Virus record (IMG/VR): IMGVR_UViG_3300022666_000111
Direction: 5' to 3' (one strand)
DNA from: a virus
Lineage: Duplodnaviria; Caudoviricetes
DNA length: 64,000 nucleotides
A program made the translations under genes and the position numbers. The notes under the pieces are model-generated. The model saw nothing but the letters and a program-made list of their open reading frames with translations. It made no database searches and had not been told where the DNA came from. This document shows, piece after piece, positions 39,994 through 48,577 of the stretch (position 1 is the first letter of the stretch; each line of letters opens with the position of its first letter).

Positions 39994-40899
39994 ATGAAGA
40001 CCACCTACCAAAAGCAAACCGCCGAAGAACGCAACGCCAAGATCGATGCCGCTAAGGCCGCCCTGGTTGAGGGTCTCCAAAGCATCCAGACCAGTGAGGA
40101 TTGGACGCGCCTCTTGGATAGTATGGCCCGGCGAGGAAAGTTCAGCCCCGCGCGGTTCAGCTTCCGCAACCAGATCCTGGTTGCCAGCCAGCGTGACGGC
40201 GCGGACGCGGTTGCTACTTTCAATAGGTGGAAGGGCATCGGCCGCTTCGTCAAGAAGGGTGAGAAGGGGATTGCGATCCTTCAGCCGAACGTGTGGAAGC
40301 GCACCGAGAAGAACGCCAAGGGTGAAGACGAGCAAGTCAGCGGGATCTACTTCAAGATCCTCTACGTGTTCGCATACGACCAGACCGAAGGCGCCGAGCC
40401 CCCCGATGGAGTCCTCAACGTAAGCCTCCCCGAGGTCAACGGCTCCGCCCCCTTGGCCGAGCTTGTGAAAATGGCAAAGAGCCTGGACGCCGTGAGCGGG
40501 GTTGAGATCCGCGACCGCGCCAAGCATGACCCCTCAGACGCCCTTGGCTGGTTCCAGCCGACCACCAAGGAGATCGTCGTCATGGACAACGGTCGATCCG
40601 AAGCCGCGAAGTTCCAGACTTTGGTTCACGAGGTCGCGCACGCGATCCTCCACGGCAAGGACGAGGACGGCTACCACAGCCGACCGGAGAAGGAAGTCGA
40701 GGCAGAGAGCACGGCTTACATCGTGTGCCGAGCCCTCGGTGTAGACACCAGCAGCTTCAGCTTCACCTACGTCCAGCATTGGGCGCACGGGGATACCAAG
40801 CTGGTCGAGCAATGCGGCACCCGGATCGCTCGAGCGGCCTCCAAGATCCTTGAGGCTTTCGAAGGAACGGTTGCAGCCGAGGAAGAAGAGGCAGCGTGA
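39994..40899 (+). CDS. ArdC-like ssDNA-binding/antirestriction protein with zincin (HExxH) domain
   Basis: FSFRNQILV, ATFNRWK..GRFVKKGEKG, VF..DQTEG, HEVAH, EVEAESTAYIVC. Confidence 0.85.
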   Translation: MKTTYQKQTAEERNAKIDAAKAALVEGLQSIQTSEDWTRLLDSMARRGKFSPARFSFRNQILVASQRDGADAVATFNRWKGIGRFVKKGEKGIAILQPNVWKRTEKNAKGEDEQVSGIYFKILYVFAYDQTEGAEPPDGVLNVSLPEVNGSAPLAELVKMAKSLDAVSGVEIRDRAKHDPSDALGWFQPTTKEIVVMDNGRSEAAKFQTLVHEVAHAILHGKDEDGYHSRPEKEVEAESTAYIVCRALGVDTSSFSFTYVQHWAHGDTKLVEQCGTRIARAASKILEAFEGTVAAEEEEAA

Positions 40900-41761
40900 G
40901 AAAAGATGGAGGGGCGGGTTGATCGAAGCCCGCCCCTGGAGTAGTTGAGCCATGATCAAGACCAGACGTGAACCCAAGGACCAGGGAGGCCCTCCCTACG
41001 AGTGCTGCTGCTTTTGCCGTACCCCTACGCCTTACTGGACGGTAGGGCTAGGTCGCAAGGGAGGGGAGCAGGTAGCGTGTTGCCAGGAATGCGCCAAGAC
41101 GCGGGAGCCCTCTGAGGTCCCGACGAAGAGGGAGTGGTGTGACAAGGAACGCGCGATCTACAAGCGAGAGCATCCCCATGCCCCGCGCTAAACGCCCCCG
41201 ATTTGCGTGCTCTGTGTGCGCGGGTAAGAACCTCGTCTACTGCCCGGCTTGCGGAGGGAGCGGTCGGGCAAGCTGCCACCGATGTCAATCCCCGATCTTT
41301 GTAGGGGATTGGGTTGCGCTGGAGACGCTCAAGACTCCAGGATGTGTCATCCGGGTCTTCTTCTGCCTTGAGTGCTCCAAGGAGATTGGCCTACACGTTG
41401 GGCCAAGCATTCGGAGGGTCGCATGATATTCACTTTGATCGTGCTTGGGGTAGCCATCGCCGTCGTCGTGGCGGACTTGGTAGAGCTGCCGCTCTTGAGG
41501 CGACGTCAACAACCCTTGGTGGTCTCGGACAAAGCAGGGCGTCCCAAAATTCCGCGTTAGCCTTGTCGAAGTCTCGACAGGCTTCCAAATAGACCCGCCA
41601 CAAGACCTTGGCCTGCCTCGGTAGGCCACGCTTCAAAAGGCGCCGCTCGCGCCGGTTACGCGCCAGAGGCTTATTGGTGTCGAAGACGGGGGCGTAGTTC
41701 GTGTAGAGCGTCGTGTCCGTGTCTTGCCTATTGCCCCAAGTAGCGGTCGTCGTTCCGTAGC

Positions 41762-42133
41762 TCAAGCGTCATCCTCCTCAAGAAGGTTCCAGGCGTCTTT
41801 GGGCTTAGGCATATCTGCTGCTGCCTGTTCAAGCTGAGCAAGGATCTCAAGATCAATCTCGTACGCGATCTGCTGGGCTGCCGTGAGCGGTCTTGGAGGC
41901 GGGGGCGGTGGCTCGGGTCGCATCCGAAAGGGCTCCTCATCCTTGAGGCGATCGAAGATGTCGGAGTCGTCTCGGATGAAGCTGAACAGGACCGGGAAGA
42001 CGGATGTGCACCAGGCGGTTGCGTCACCCTCAAGGAAGACGTGCTCAGCGTCCACGGAAACGACCGTAGCCTCGGGAGGACGCCCCTCGGGGTACTTGCG
42101 GAGCCAGACTTGCCCTGGGCGCACGTCAGTCAT
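41762..42133 (-). CDS. SH3-like domain protein with two acidic tags
   Basis: VRPGQVW; DIFDRLKDEE; DAWNLLEEDDA. Confidence 0.65.
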   Translation of the reverse strand: MTDVRPGQVWLRKYPEGRPPEATVVSVDAEHVFLEGDATAWCTSVFPVLFSFIRDDSDIFDRLKDEEPFRMRPEPPPPPPRPLTAAQQIAYEIDLEILAQLEQAAADMPKPKDAWNLLEEDDA

Positions 42134-43076
42134 CGTCATCCATGAGGCGGTCGAAGATGTCACGGGGTTCTACCGTAGGCTGCGGCGGTGCGATCCGTTG
42201 GAAGCCGACAAGCGGGACCTGTGTGAAGGGCGCCGCTCCCGGTGGACGCTCTATCGGGGTCTCCTCAAAGCGGTTCGTCTCCCCATTGTAGGCCATGACG
42301 ATCTCAGCTCCGTCGAGAGCGGCCCACCCTAACGCCGTGTAGCGACACACGATTCCAAGCTCGTTGATGCGCGCACGCTGCCCGAGGCGCGGCTGAGTGA
42401 ATGACCACGCCCCTCTCCAGAAGGTCACAATATCGTCAGGGTGGTCATACCAGGCGCCGGACGGGTTGCCGCTTACAATGTAAGTGACCCCCTCAGATGG
42501 TTCAGGTGGGGGATCGTCCCGGAACGCGGAGACTTGGAGGGTGGTGCATTGTCCCGGCTCATGGGGCTCAAAGCAGATGGGACATAGCTGCATCTGAACG
42601 CTGGTCCCCATCGAGACGCCGTGGACTTGACCACGCTGGATCTGGTCTCGGATCTCGCGAGGGACCTCAAGGGTCACGTCGCCGAAAGGCGTGGTGGCGC
42701 GCACGACGTCCTCAATGGTGAACCTATCAAGGAAGTTGTGGAGCTGGTACGAGATGGTTGTCGCACGGTCGTCATTGTCGGCTCTTCTGATTGTGATAGT
42801 GCTCCCGTCGTCTCTGTCGACAACCACGAGGGTGTCATCCGTGTTGCTGCGAAATTGACGCCCTGTTAGCTGGGCCAGGTAGCTGTACCAGAAGAAGAAC
42901 TCCTCAAGCGGGATGATCCAGTGTCGATCCGGGGTCGCCCCGAATTGCATGATCGTGACGTTCGTATCACTCCGGGCTAGAATCAAGGCGACTGCTGGAG
43001 TGTCTTGTGCGGCGATGACTCGGGTTGCTGTGTTGAGAATCCAGCGTTCACCGATCTGCGGGTCACGTACCGGCAT
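42126..43076 (-). CDS. Mosaic protein: SH3-like repeats, protease-like fragment, DUF2793-like domain, acidic tag
   Basis: PQIGERW; GVSMG...CPIC; PP.P.EG..YIV...GAW..H...GAW.F..P..G; DIFDRLMDDDD. Confidence 0.65.
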   Translation of the reverse strand: MPVRDPQIGERWILNTATRVIAAQDTPAVALILARSDTNVTIMQFGATPDRHWIIPLEEFFFWYSYLAQLTGRQFRSNTDDTLVVVDRDDGSTITIRRADNDDRATTISYQLHNFLDRFTIEDVVRATTPFGDVTLEVPREIRDQIQRGQVHGVSMGTSVQMQLCPICFEPHEPGQCTTLQVSAFRDDPPPEPSEGVTYIVSGNPSGAWYDHPDDIVTFWRGAWSFTQPRLGQRARINELGIVCRYTALGWAALDGAEIVMAYNGETNRFEETPIERPPGAAPFTQVPLVGFQRIAPPQPTVEPRDIFDRLMDDDD

Positions 43077-44612
43077 TTAGTCCCCCCACCCAAACGGGTC
43101 CTCGTTAGCAAGTCGTTCGAATGCGTCCTTTCGCTCCACACGCTTCCACGTGCCGCCCTCAAGAAATGCCCTGGCGGAGGCTTGCACACGGATGCCGTTT
43201 GAATCCTCGAGGGTGGCTATGCCCAGAGCAGGGTCAAGGAGGGCGACCGTGTAGCTCACTCCCTTTTGGTCAATCCACTCTTCACCCACGTGGCATTCAA
43301 GAGGAATCACGCGTTCTTCAACTTGCGTGTAGTTACGCCACAAGTCTGGGATCAGCATCCGTAAGATGTGCCCGTCAGCGTTACGGACGGCCACGTGGCG
43401 CATCCCTTCGACGACGTCCGAATCGGTGATGACCACGAGGGCTCCATTGCCTCGGCACACCCAAATGCTTCCGATTGGCGGGGCAGCTTCCTCGTCGAAC
43501 CGGATGTAGTCACGCACGAAGGCCATGAGCGGGATGGTCCCCGGGGTTCCAGCCTCGTCCGTGACGTTGACTTGACAAGGGGCGCCCAAGCCTTGACCGT
43601 GCCCGTTCACTGTGATGAAGGAGCCGTCCGATCGGGGGTTCCTCCACATAGAGCCGCTTGGTGGCGCCACGTCGGCGATAGGCCGGAAGCCACGCTCGAA
43701 GTCCTCCTGGGTGACGACGATCCTTTCCGAACCTACGTGGTGCCCTACGCGGTCAAGGATACGCCCGGAGCCTCCGAAGGAATGATGCGCATAGGCGACG
43801 TAGTCCGTGAGGCGAATGAATTGATCGCCTTGAGGCATGGTGATGTTCGTCGTATTGGCAGCGACGATCGTTACGGGGCCTGGGCTGACTATGACGGGGA
43901 GCCCAGCGAACATACGCCCGCCGCCATGAACGGTCCCTCTTGTGACGAGCGTACGCATCCCCCCGCTATCATGCAGGGGGATCTGGCTGTTATCCAAGAC
44001 GACAAGGTTGCACGTGGATTCGTCCATGCGAACGAAGGTAGCGTTGCGGCCGTTGACCCGTAGGCGACGGCGCGCTTGGGAGACGGCGTCCCCCATACGC
44101 TGCATCGGGACTGAGCTATCAAGGGTCTGCCATTGGGCCTGGCATTGGGGGCACGTTGAGCGGACGCCCTCAAGGTGTGATCCGCAAGACGGGCAAGAAG
44201 AAAGGTTCGGTCCTGGAGGGAACTCCTCCCGAGAGGCAGCAGCGGCTATGCCCGGGATCACCGTTGACGTGGGATCGTCCCCGGGGAAGTACGTAGGCTG
44301 GTTGATGGAGATGTGCCGGTGACAGACCCTCCGTATGACGCCCTGAACGGACTGCCGCAAGAAGGAGACCTCTTGGCAGCCTTGTGCTTCACAGAGCTGG
44401 ATCTCTCCTTCTTGGGGTATGGGCGTGATTCGCGCGAGCCGCCACATGTGAAGCATGGACCGGATGGGCATACTTGTGCTGCGGCCCGTTTGTGAAATAA
44501 GAAGAGCAGTGTCACCGTCCGAGGATATCGCGGCGACACAACCGAGCATCGTGTTACCCTCGAACGATTGTGTACTCCAGACCTCACCACGGACAGGGTT
44601 ATCAGCAGGCAT
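43077..44612 (-). CDS. Mosaic protein with several SH3-like repeats, zinc fingers and acidic tag
   Basis: GEVW, GSMW, GSIW, GEEW units; CPSCG..CPQC; DAFERLANED. Confidence 0.7.
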   Translation of the reverse strand: MPADNPVRGEVWSTQSFEGNTMLGCVAAISSDGDTALLISQTGRSTSMPIRSMLHMWRLARITPIPQEGEIQLCEAQGCQEVSFLRQSVQGVIRRVCHRHISINQPTYFPGDDPTSTVIPGIAAAASREEFPPGPNLSSCPSCGSHLEGVRSTCPQCQAQWQTLDSSVPMQRMGDAVSQARRRLRVNGRNATFVRMDESTCNLVVLDNSQIPLHDSGGMRTLVTRGTVHGGGRMFAGLPVIVSPGPVTIVAANTTNITMPQGDQFIRLTDYVAYAHHSFGGSGRILDRVGHHVGSERIVVTQEDFERGFRPIADVAPPSGSMWRNPRSDGSFITVNGHGQGLGAPCQVNVTDEAGTPGTIPLMAFVRDYIRFDEEAAPPIGSIWVCRGNGALVVITDSDVVEGMRHVAVRNADGHILRMLIPDLWRNYTQVEERVIPLECHVGEEWIDQKGVSYTVALLDPALGIATLEDSNGIRVQASARAFLEGGTWKRVERKDAFERLANEDPFGWGD

Positions 44613-44620
44613 GAGGGGTT

Positions 44621-44637
44621 CTACACCGTTGGTGTAG
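44621..44637. promoter_or_regulatory. Divergent pair of class-2 promoters (GGTGTAG-N8/9-ATG)
   Basis: ctacaccgttggtgtag; ATG 44612(-) and 44647(+). Confidence 0.75.
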
Positions 44638-44646
44638 GGGCTGAAC

Positions 44647-45048
44647 ATGAAGATTCTAGTGACCGGCTCACGAGAATGGTGTGACGAGGCTCTCGTGGCC
44701 AAGGTGCTCGCCAAGTACCCCAAGGGGACGATCCTCGTCCATGGTGATGCGCATGGGGCTGACCGTATCGCCGCCAAGGTCGGCAGAAAGCTCGGCTTCG
44801 ATGTCCGACCCTACCCGGCTAACTGGGACGCCTATGGCAATGCCGCAGGACGCTTGCGCAATCAGGAGATGCTCGACAAGGAGGGTCCATTCGACGAAGC
44901 CCTTGCCTTTCATGACGACCCCAACCTGGGAAAGGGCACCTTTGATATGGTCATCCGGCTCAAACGCGCCAAGACCTCAACCAGAGTATTCTCGCACGCG
45001 TTCCCCGAAGGAAAACTTCTCGACGAGGTTGACAGCTCTCCGGTGTAG
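44647..45048 (+). CDS. SLOG family protein (YspA/DUF2493-like)
   Basis: KILVTGSR.W, LVHGDAHGAD, AAGRLRNQEM, GTFDM. Confidence 0.85.
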   Translation: MKILVTGSREWCDEALVAKVLAKYPKGTILVHGDAHGADRIAAKVGRKLGFDVRPYPANWDAYGNAAGRLRNQEMLDKEGPFDEALAFHDDPNLGKGTFDMVIRLKRAKTSTRVFSHAFPEGKLLDEVDSSPV

Positions 45049-45069
45049 GGTTACGGTGAGGCAACCACC

Positions 45070-45162
45070 ATGATGCACTTCTGGTAAATACGCGGTCCAC
45101 CGATCTCCCAGTCATTTTCCACCATGACTGTACGGTGTCTTTTAGTAAATGACAGGAGATCG
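45070..45162 (+). promoter_or_regulatory. Leader peptide with in-frame UAA plus RGPP motif and RBS-sequestering structure
   Basis: ATG ATG CAC TTC TGG TAA ATA CGC GGT CCA CCG; CGATCTCC (45101-8) pairs with GGAGATCG (45155-62). Confidence 0.7.
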
Positions 45163-45165
45163 AAG

Positions 45166-45543
45166 ATGACAACACGTAAGCAAGCAATTCTCAAGATCCG
45201 CGAAACACTCAAGCTCCACGTTGCCGCCGCCCACGAGGCGCGTCGCCGCATCCAAGAGAAGAAGATGGAGCCCTCGAGCCCTGCCCGGGGAGCTGCCCTC
45301 ATGAACCTCTGGGGTGAGAAGCGCTACGCCCAATCCGATCGGCGTGACTGCTGCCTCGCTCTTGCGTACCTCCGGGGGCGCTCCTACGCCGCTTGTGAGC
45401 GCGCGCACGGGTCGAAGCCCTACGCTGGGGCCGTCGCGAGCCTTCTCAAGGAGGCTGGGATCCTTGTGACCAAGGAGATGGTTCAAGCCTGGGTTGACGG
45501 CGCAGCGCCCGCCATGCCCGCAACCGAAGAGGTGGCTGCATGA
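45166..45543 (+). CDS. Phage hypothetical protein (LAYLRGRSY..CE motif)
   Basis: SD GGAG at 45155; first gene under the leader. Confidence 0.75.
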   Translation: MTTRKQAILKIRETLKLHVAAAHEARRRIQEKKMEPSSPARGAALMNLWGEKRYAQSDRRDCCLALAYLRGRSYAACERAHGSKPYAGAVASLLKEAGILVTKEMVQAWVDGAAPAMPATEEVAA

Positions 45544-45980
45544 GGACCATCTCTGAAACGAAGACCGTCCCGGCCGAGGACGTCACGATCACGACCTACG
45601 GATGCGACGAGTGTGAATTCGTCGCAGACCACAAGGAGCAGGTCGAGAGGCACTTTGCCGAGACGCACGCTTGCCGCAAAGAGGCGGAGGTTGGGAACAG
45701 CACGCTCCGTTGGTTCAAGACGGAAGAGGACGCCAAGGTCTGGCTTCGACGGAACGAGGATTGGTACCGCGTCCAAGAGGTCACGTGGGAAGGCCCGGGT
45801 TGGTATGCGTCGGAGACGTGGTCGGAGCCCTGCCCCAAGGGTTGCTGCACCGACCATTGCATCCGGCTCTACCCTGCGGAGTCCAAGGTGAACAACGCGG
45901 TCTACGAGGCGCGGGAGATCATGCAGCAAGTCGCTGTGCTCCGAAAATTCCTCAAGGAGAACGGCGATGCGCCCGGATGA
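45540..45980 (+). CDS. C2H2 zinc-finger-like hypothetical protein
   Basis: CDEC...HFAETH; ATGA coupled. Confidence 0.6.
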   Translation: MRTISETKTVPAEDVTITTYGCDECEFVADHKEQVERHFAETHACRKEAEVGNSTLRWFKTEEDAKVWLRRNEDWYRVQEVTWEGPGWYASETWSEPCPKGCCTDHCIRLYPAESKVNNAVYEAREIMQQVAVLRKFLKENGDAPG

Positions 45981-46296
45981 CAAGCTCTATCTCGTGACCC
46001 GGGCGGACCTCGCGCCCGGGGCGCAGGCGGTCCAAGCAGCTCACGCGCTCCAGCAATTCAACGTGGAGCACCCTGACACTGCGCGGGCTTGGCATACGGA
46101 GAGCAACTACCTCGCCCTGCTCTCCGTTCCAAACGAGGCGCGGCTTGCGGAGGTTCTTCGAAAGGCAAAAAGGCGGGGGCTTGAAGCCTCCGCCTTTCGG
46201 GAGCCAGACTTTGGGGATGCTCTTACGGCTATCGCAATCGCTCCGGGGGAGGATGCCCGCGCTATCACACGGTCCCTCCCCCTCGCCCTTGCTTAG
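45967..46296 (+). CDS. Peptidyl-tRNA hydrolase, Pth2-like
   Basis: KLYLVTRADL.PG.QAVQAAHA...F.EPD.....TAIA. Confidence 0.8.
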   Translation: MRPDDKLYLVTRADLAPGAQAVQAAHALQQFNVEHPDTARAWHTESNYLALLSVPNEARLAEVLRKAKRRGLEASAFREPDFGDALTAIAIAPGEDARAITRSLPLALA

Positions 46297-46754
46297 AAGT
46301 CTCGGCGGCTAACGCCGTAGTAGCGGTAGGCGTCGCGGCTGAAGTCGGCGGCGTCGGCTTCTTCATAGCGCGCGTCGCTCTGGGCGTCGCCGATCACCTT
46401 GGCATTGACCAAGGTGAGGTACTCGGCCAAGGGGGCGACGTTGTAGTTCTCAAGCCAAACCGTGAGGTCGTCATCGTCGTCGGCAATCAGGATCTCGGTA
46501 TCCGTGAATTCGCAGTCAACATCGTCGTCGACGATGTTCATGGTCGCCTTGATGCATTCGCTAATCACGATCGTGCAGGTCCCTCGGTACTCGGTCACAG
46601 TGTAGCGGCGGCCGTCTTCGTCGGCTTCTTCGCGGCTCTCCGCTTCCATCTTGGTGATTTCGAAGTGAAGGGCGTCCGTATCGATGCCTTCCGCGCGGAG
46701 GGCCTTGGCGAGGTTTTCGATCTTGGCGGTGCGGCTGGCGTTGGTGTTCATCAT
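46293..46754 (-). CDS. Acidic hypothetical protein
   Basis: ATG at +33 of class-1 promoter; ends YRYYGVSRRDF. Confidence 0.7.
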   Translation of the reverse strand: MMNTNASRTAKIENLAKALRAEGIDTDALHFEITKMEAESREEADEDGRRYTVTEYRGTCTIVISECIKATMNIVDDDVDCEFTDTEILIADDDDDLTVWLENYNVAPLAEYLTLVNAKVIGDAQSDARYEEADAADFSRDAYRYYGVSRRDF

Positions 46755-46804
46755 GGTGGGTTAATGCCGGAGCCTTCTTACGATCAACGGAAATCGTCAT
46801 CGGT

Positions 46805-46833
46805 TTGACTCGAACCCAGAATGGTGCTACGTT
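46805..46833 (+). promoter_or_regulatory. Sigma70-like promoter of the HNH gene
   Basis: TTGACT-17 nt-TACGTT with TGn extension; ATG 6 nt downstream. Confidence 0.55.
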
Positions 46834-46839
46834 CCGGGT

Positions 46840-47523
46840 ATGAGTTACTTTTGCGACGATGCTGAGTTCACACGGCTGGCGGCCCTTAGCCGGTCTCCTT
46901 CAAGTCTTGTTCGCCTGTTGGGTCGGGCGGTCGGGGGGAATAATGTCGAGCTGGTCAAAAGAGAAGCGGCCAGGCTTGGGCTTGACACGTCCCATTGGAA
47001 CGGGGCTGGGAGGGTCCTTCCGAAAGTTGGATCCTCCCAAGTGCTGATCGAAAATGGCGTACATGCTACAAGTGTCGTCAAACGGGTTGTGCTTCGAGAG
47101 CGCCTGATCCCCTACACGTGCGCCCTTTGTGGACGTGACCCAGAGTGGAATGGGCGCCCCTTAGTTCTTCGGTTAGATCACGTGAACGGCGTACGCACGG
47201 ATCACAGGATCACCAATTTGCGCTTCCTGTGTCCCAACTGCGATTCCCAAACGGAGACCTATTGTGGTGGGAACCGGCGCATCTACAAGGATCACAAGAG
47301 GTGCTCTTGCGGTGCCGTGATCCAACGTCGAAGCACGGCTTGCAAGTCGTGCTCGGTTAAGGCTCGAAACCAGCCCCCAAAGGCGGAGTGGCCCCCGGAT
47401 GCAGAGCTTCTAAGGCGTGTCCGGGAGTCATCTTTCTTGGCGGTTGCACGTGCGCTCGGTGTATCAGACAATGCAGTACGGAAGCACATGCGGGCTCGTC
47501 ACCTAGTGGTCGAAGGTAGCTGA
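46840..47523 (+). CDS. HNH homing endonuclease
   Basis: CALCG...LRLDHVNG...NLRFLCPNCDSQT; C-terminal zinc finger and HTH; overlaps tRNA 5' end. Confidence 0.9.
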   Translation: MSYFCDDAEFTRLAALSRSPSSLVRLLGRAVGGNNVELVKREAARLGLDTSHWNGAGRVLPKVGSSQVLIENGVHATSVVKRVVLRERLIPYTCALCGRDPEWNGRPLVLRLDHVNGVRTDHRITNLRFLCPNCDSQTETYCGGNRRIYKDHKRCSCGAVIQRRSTACKSCSVKARNQPPKAEWPPDAELLRRVRESSFLAVARALGVSDNAVRKHMRARHLVVEGS

Positions 47524-47583
47524 TTTTAACCCAGCCGCAGGGTAATACCGCCAACGAGGGTTCGAATCCCTCCGAGCCCACCA
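47492..47583 (+). tRNA. Class II tRNA, anticodon UUA (ochre suppressor candidate)
   Basis: GGGCTCG/CGAGCCC-A-CCA, D stem ACCT/AGGT, loop TT-TTA-AC, long variable arm, GAGGG-TTCGAAT-CCCTC. Confidence 0.85.
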
Positions 47584-47597
47584 CATGAGATGTCCAA

Positions 47598-47637
47598 GAA
47601 CCGCGCGTCGCGGGTTCAACTCCTGCCGAGGGCACCA
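47598..47637 (+). pseudogene. 3' half of a tRNA gene
   Basis: GCGGG-TTCAACT-CCTGC-CGAGGGC-ACCA with no matching 5' half. Confidence 0.75.
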
Positions 47638-48047
47638 TGCCGACACCCGTCACAGTAGGTAGCCTCTGGGAGAATCCACACTTCCCAGGCGTGGTCTACG
47701 AGGTAATCGATACAACCGAAGAGGACATGTACGGGTACCCTTACATCACGATCCGAAACAACGGGAGGGTGTCGGCCGTAGACGCTACACAATTCCGGGA
47801 GGACTTCGCTCCCATTGAGGATGAGATGGCACGGGAAGAGCAGACGGCGTTCGATAGGCTCATGGCGGACGACATCTTGCCCGAGCCCACGGGCAAGGAT
47901 GCTGGGCTGGTCTCCAGCGTCACGGTCGAGACGGTCGGGAGTCATGACGTTGTGCGGGTTTGGAACCGAGGCGGGTTGGCGGGGATGCTGACGGTCTGCA
48001 AGGGGGACGGCGATGCCTTGCGTCAGAGGTTGCTTGGCAGATCCTGA
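47637..48047 (+). CDS. SH3-like domain protein with internal acidic tag
   Basis: VTVGSLW...FREDF; TAFDRLMADDIL. Confidence 0.6.
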   Translation: MPTPVTVGSLWENPHFPGVVYEVIDTTEEDMYGYPYITIRNNGRVSAVDATQFREDFAPIEDEMAREEQTAFDRLMADDILPEPTGKDAGLVSSVTVETVGSHDVVRVWNRGGLAGMLTVCKGDGDALRQRLLGRS

Positions 48048-48257
48048 CGCCGTGTGCGCCCGGTGTGGGGCAGCCGAGGGCATTCAGCTTGAGGATGCCA
48101 GGACGGAGTATGCTCAACCCGAGCCTGACTTCTTCGACCACCTCATAGGGGAGCCTCCTCCGGATCCGAATGCGCCCGTCCCCTTGTGTCGGGCTTGCGC
48201 TGAGGAGCACCATGAATTCTGGGATGCAATGTGGCAGGACTACTATGAGGGTAGGCT

Positions 48258-48542
48258 CTAGGCCGAGATGACCTTGACGTGCTTGGCGTTGACCGAGGTA
48301 TCGATCTTGTTGCTCACGCTGTAGACCGTCCAGAAGCCGGTCTCGGGCTCATACTTCCCAAGGCTCATCTCGCCCTTCAAGAAGGCCACCCCGAATTTGG
48401 TCTTGACGATCTTGGTCACTTGAACCAAGGCCCAGCCGTTCCAGTGGTTTTTGTACTGGGGGTACGCTGCGTGGGCTGCCTCGGCCTTGGCTTTGATGGT
48501 GCTCTTGATGTTGGCGTTGTGGGTGGCTTCGAGGTTCATCAT
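48258..48542 (-). CDS. Hypothetical protein
   Basis: ATG at +33 of class-1 promoter. Confidence 0.7.
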   Translation of the reverse strand: MMNLEATHNANIKSTIKAKAEAAHAAYPQYKNHWNGWALVQVTKIVKTKFGVAFLKGEMSLGKYEPETGFWTVYSVSNKIDTSVNAKHVKVISA

Positions 48543-48577
48543 GCCCCTAGTATGCTGGGGGCTGGCAGCGATCAACC

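Noticed and set aside
46800-47637. Group I intron with HNH splitting a tRNA gene
   Set aside because: No 5' tRNA exon upstream of the HNH and no intron core seen; a complete different tRNA lies in between.
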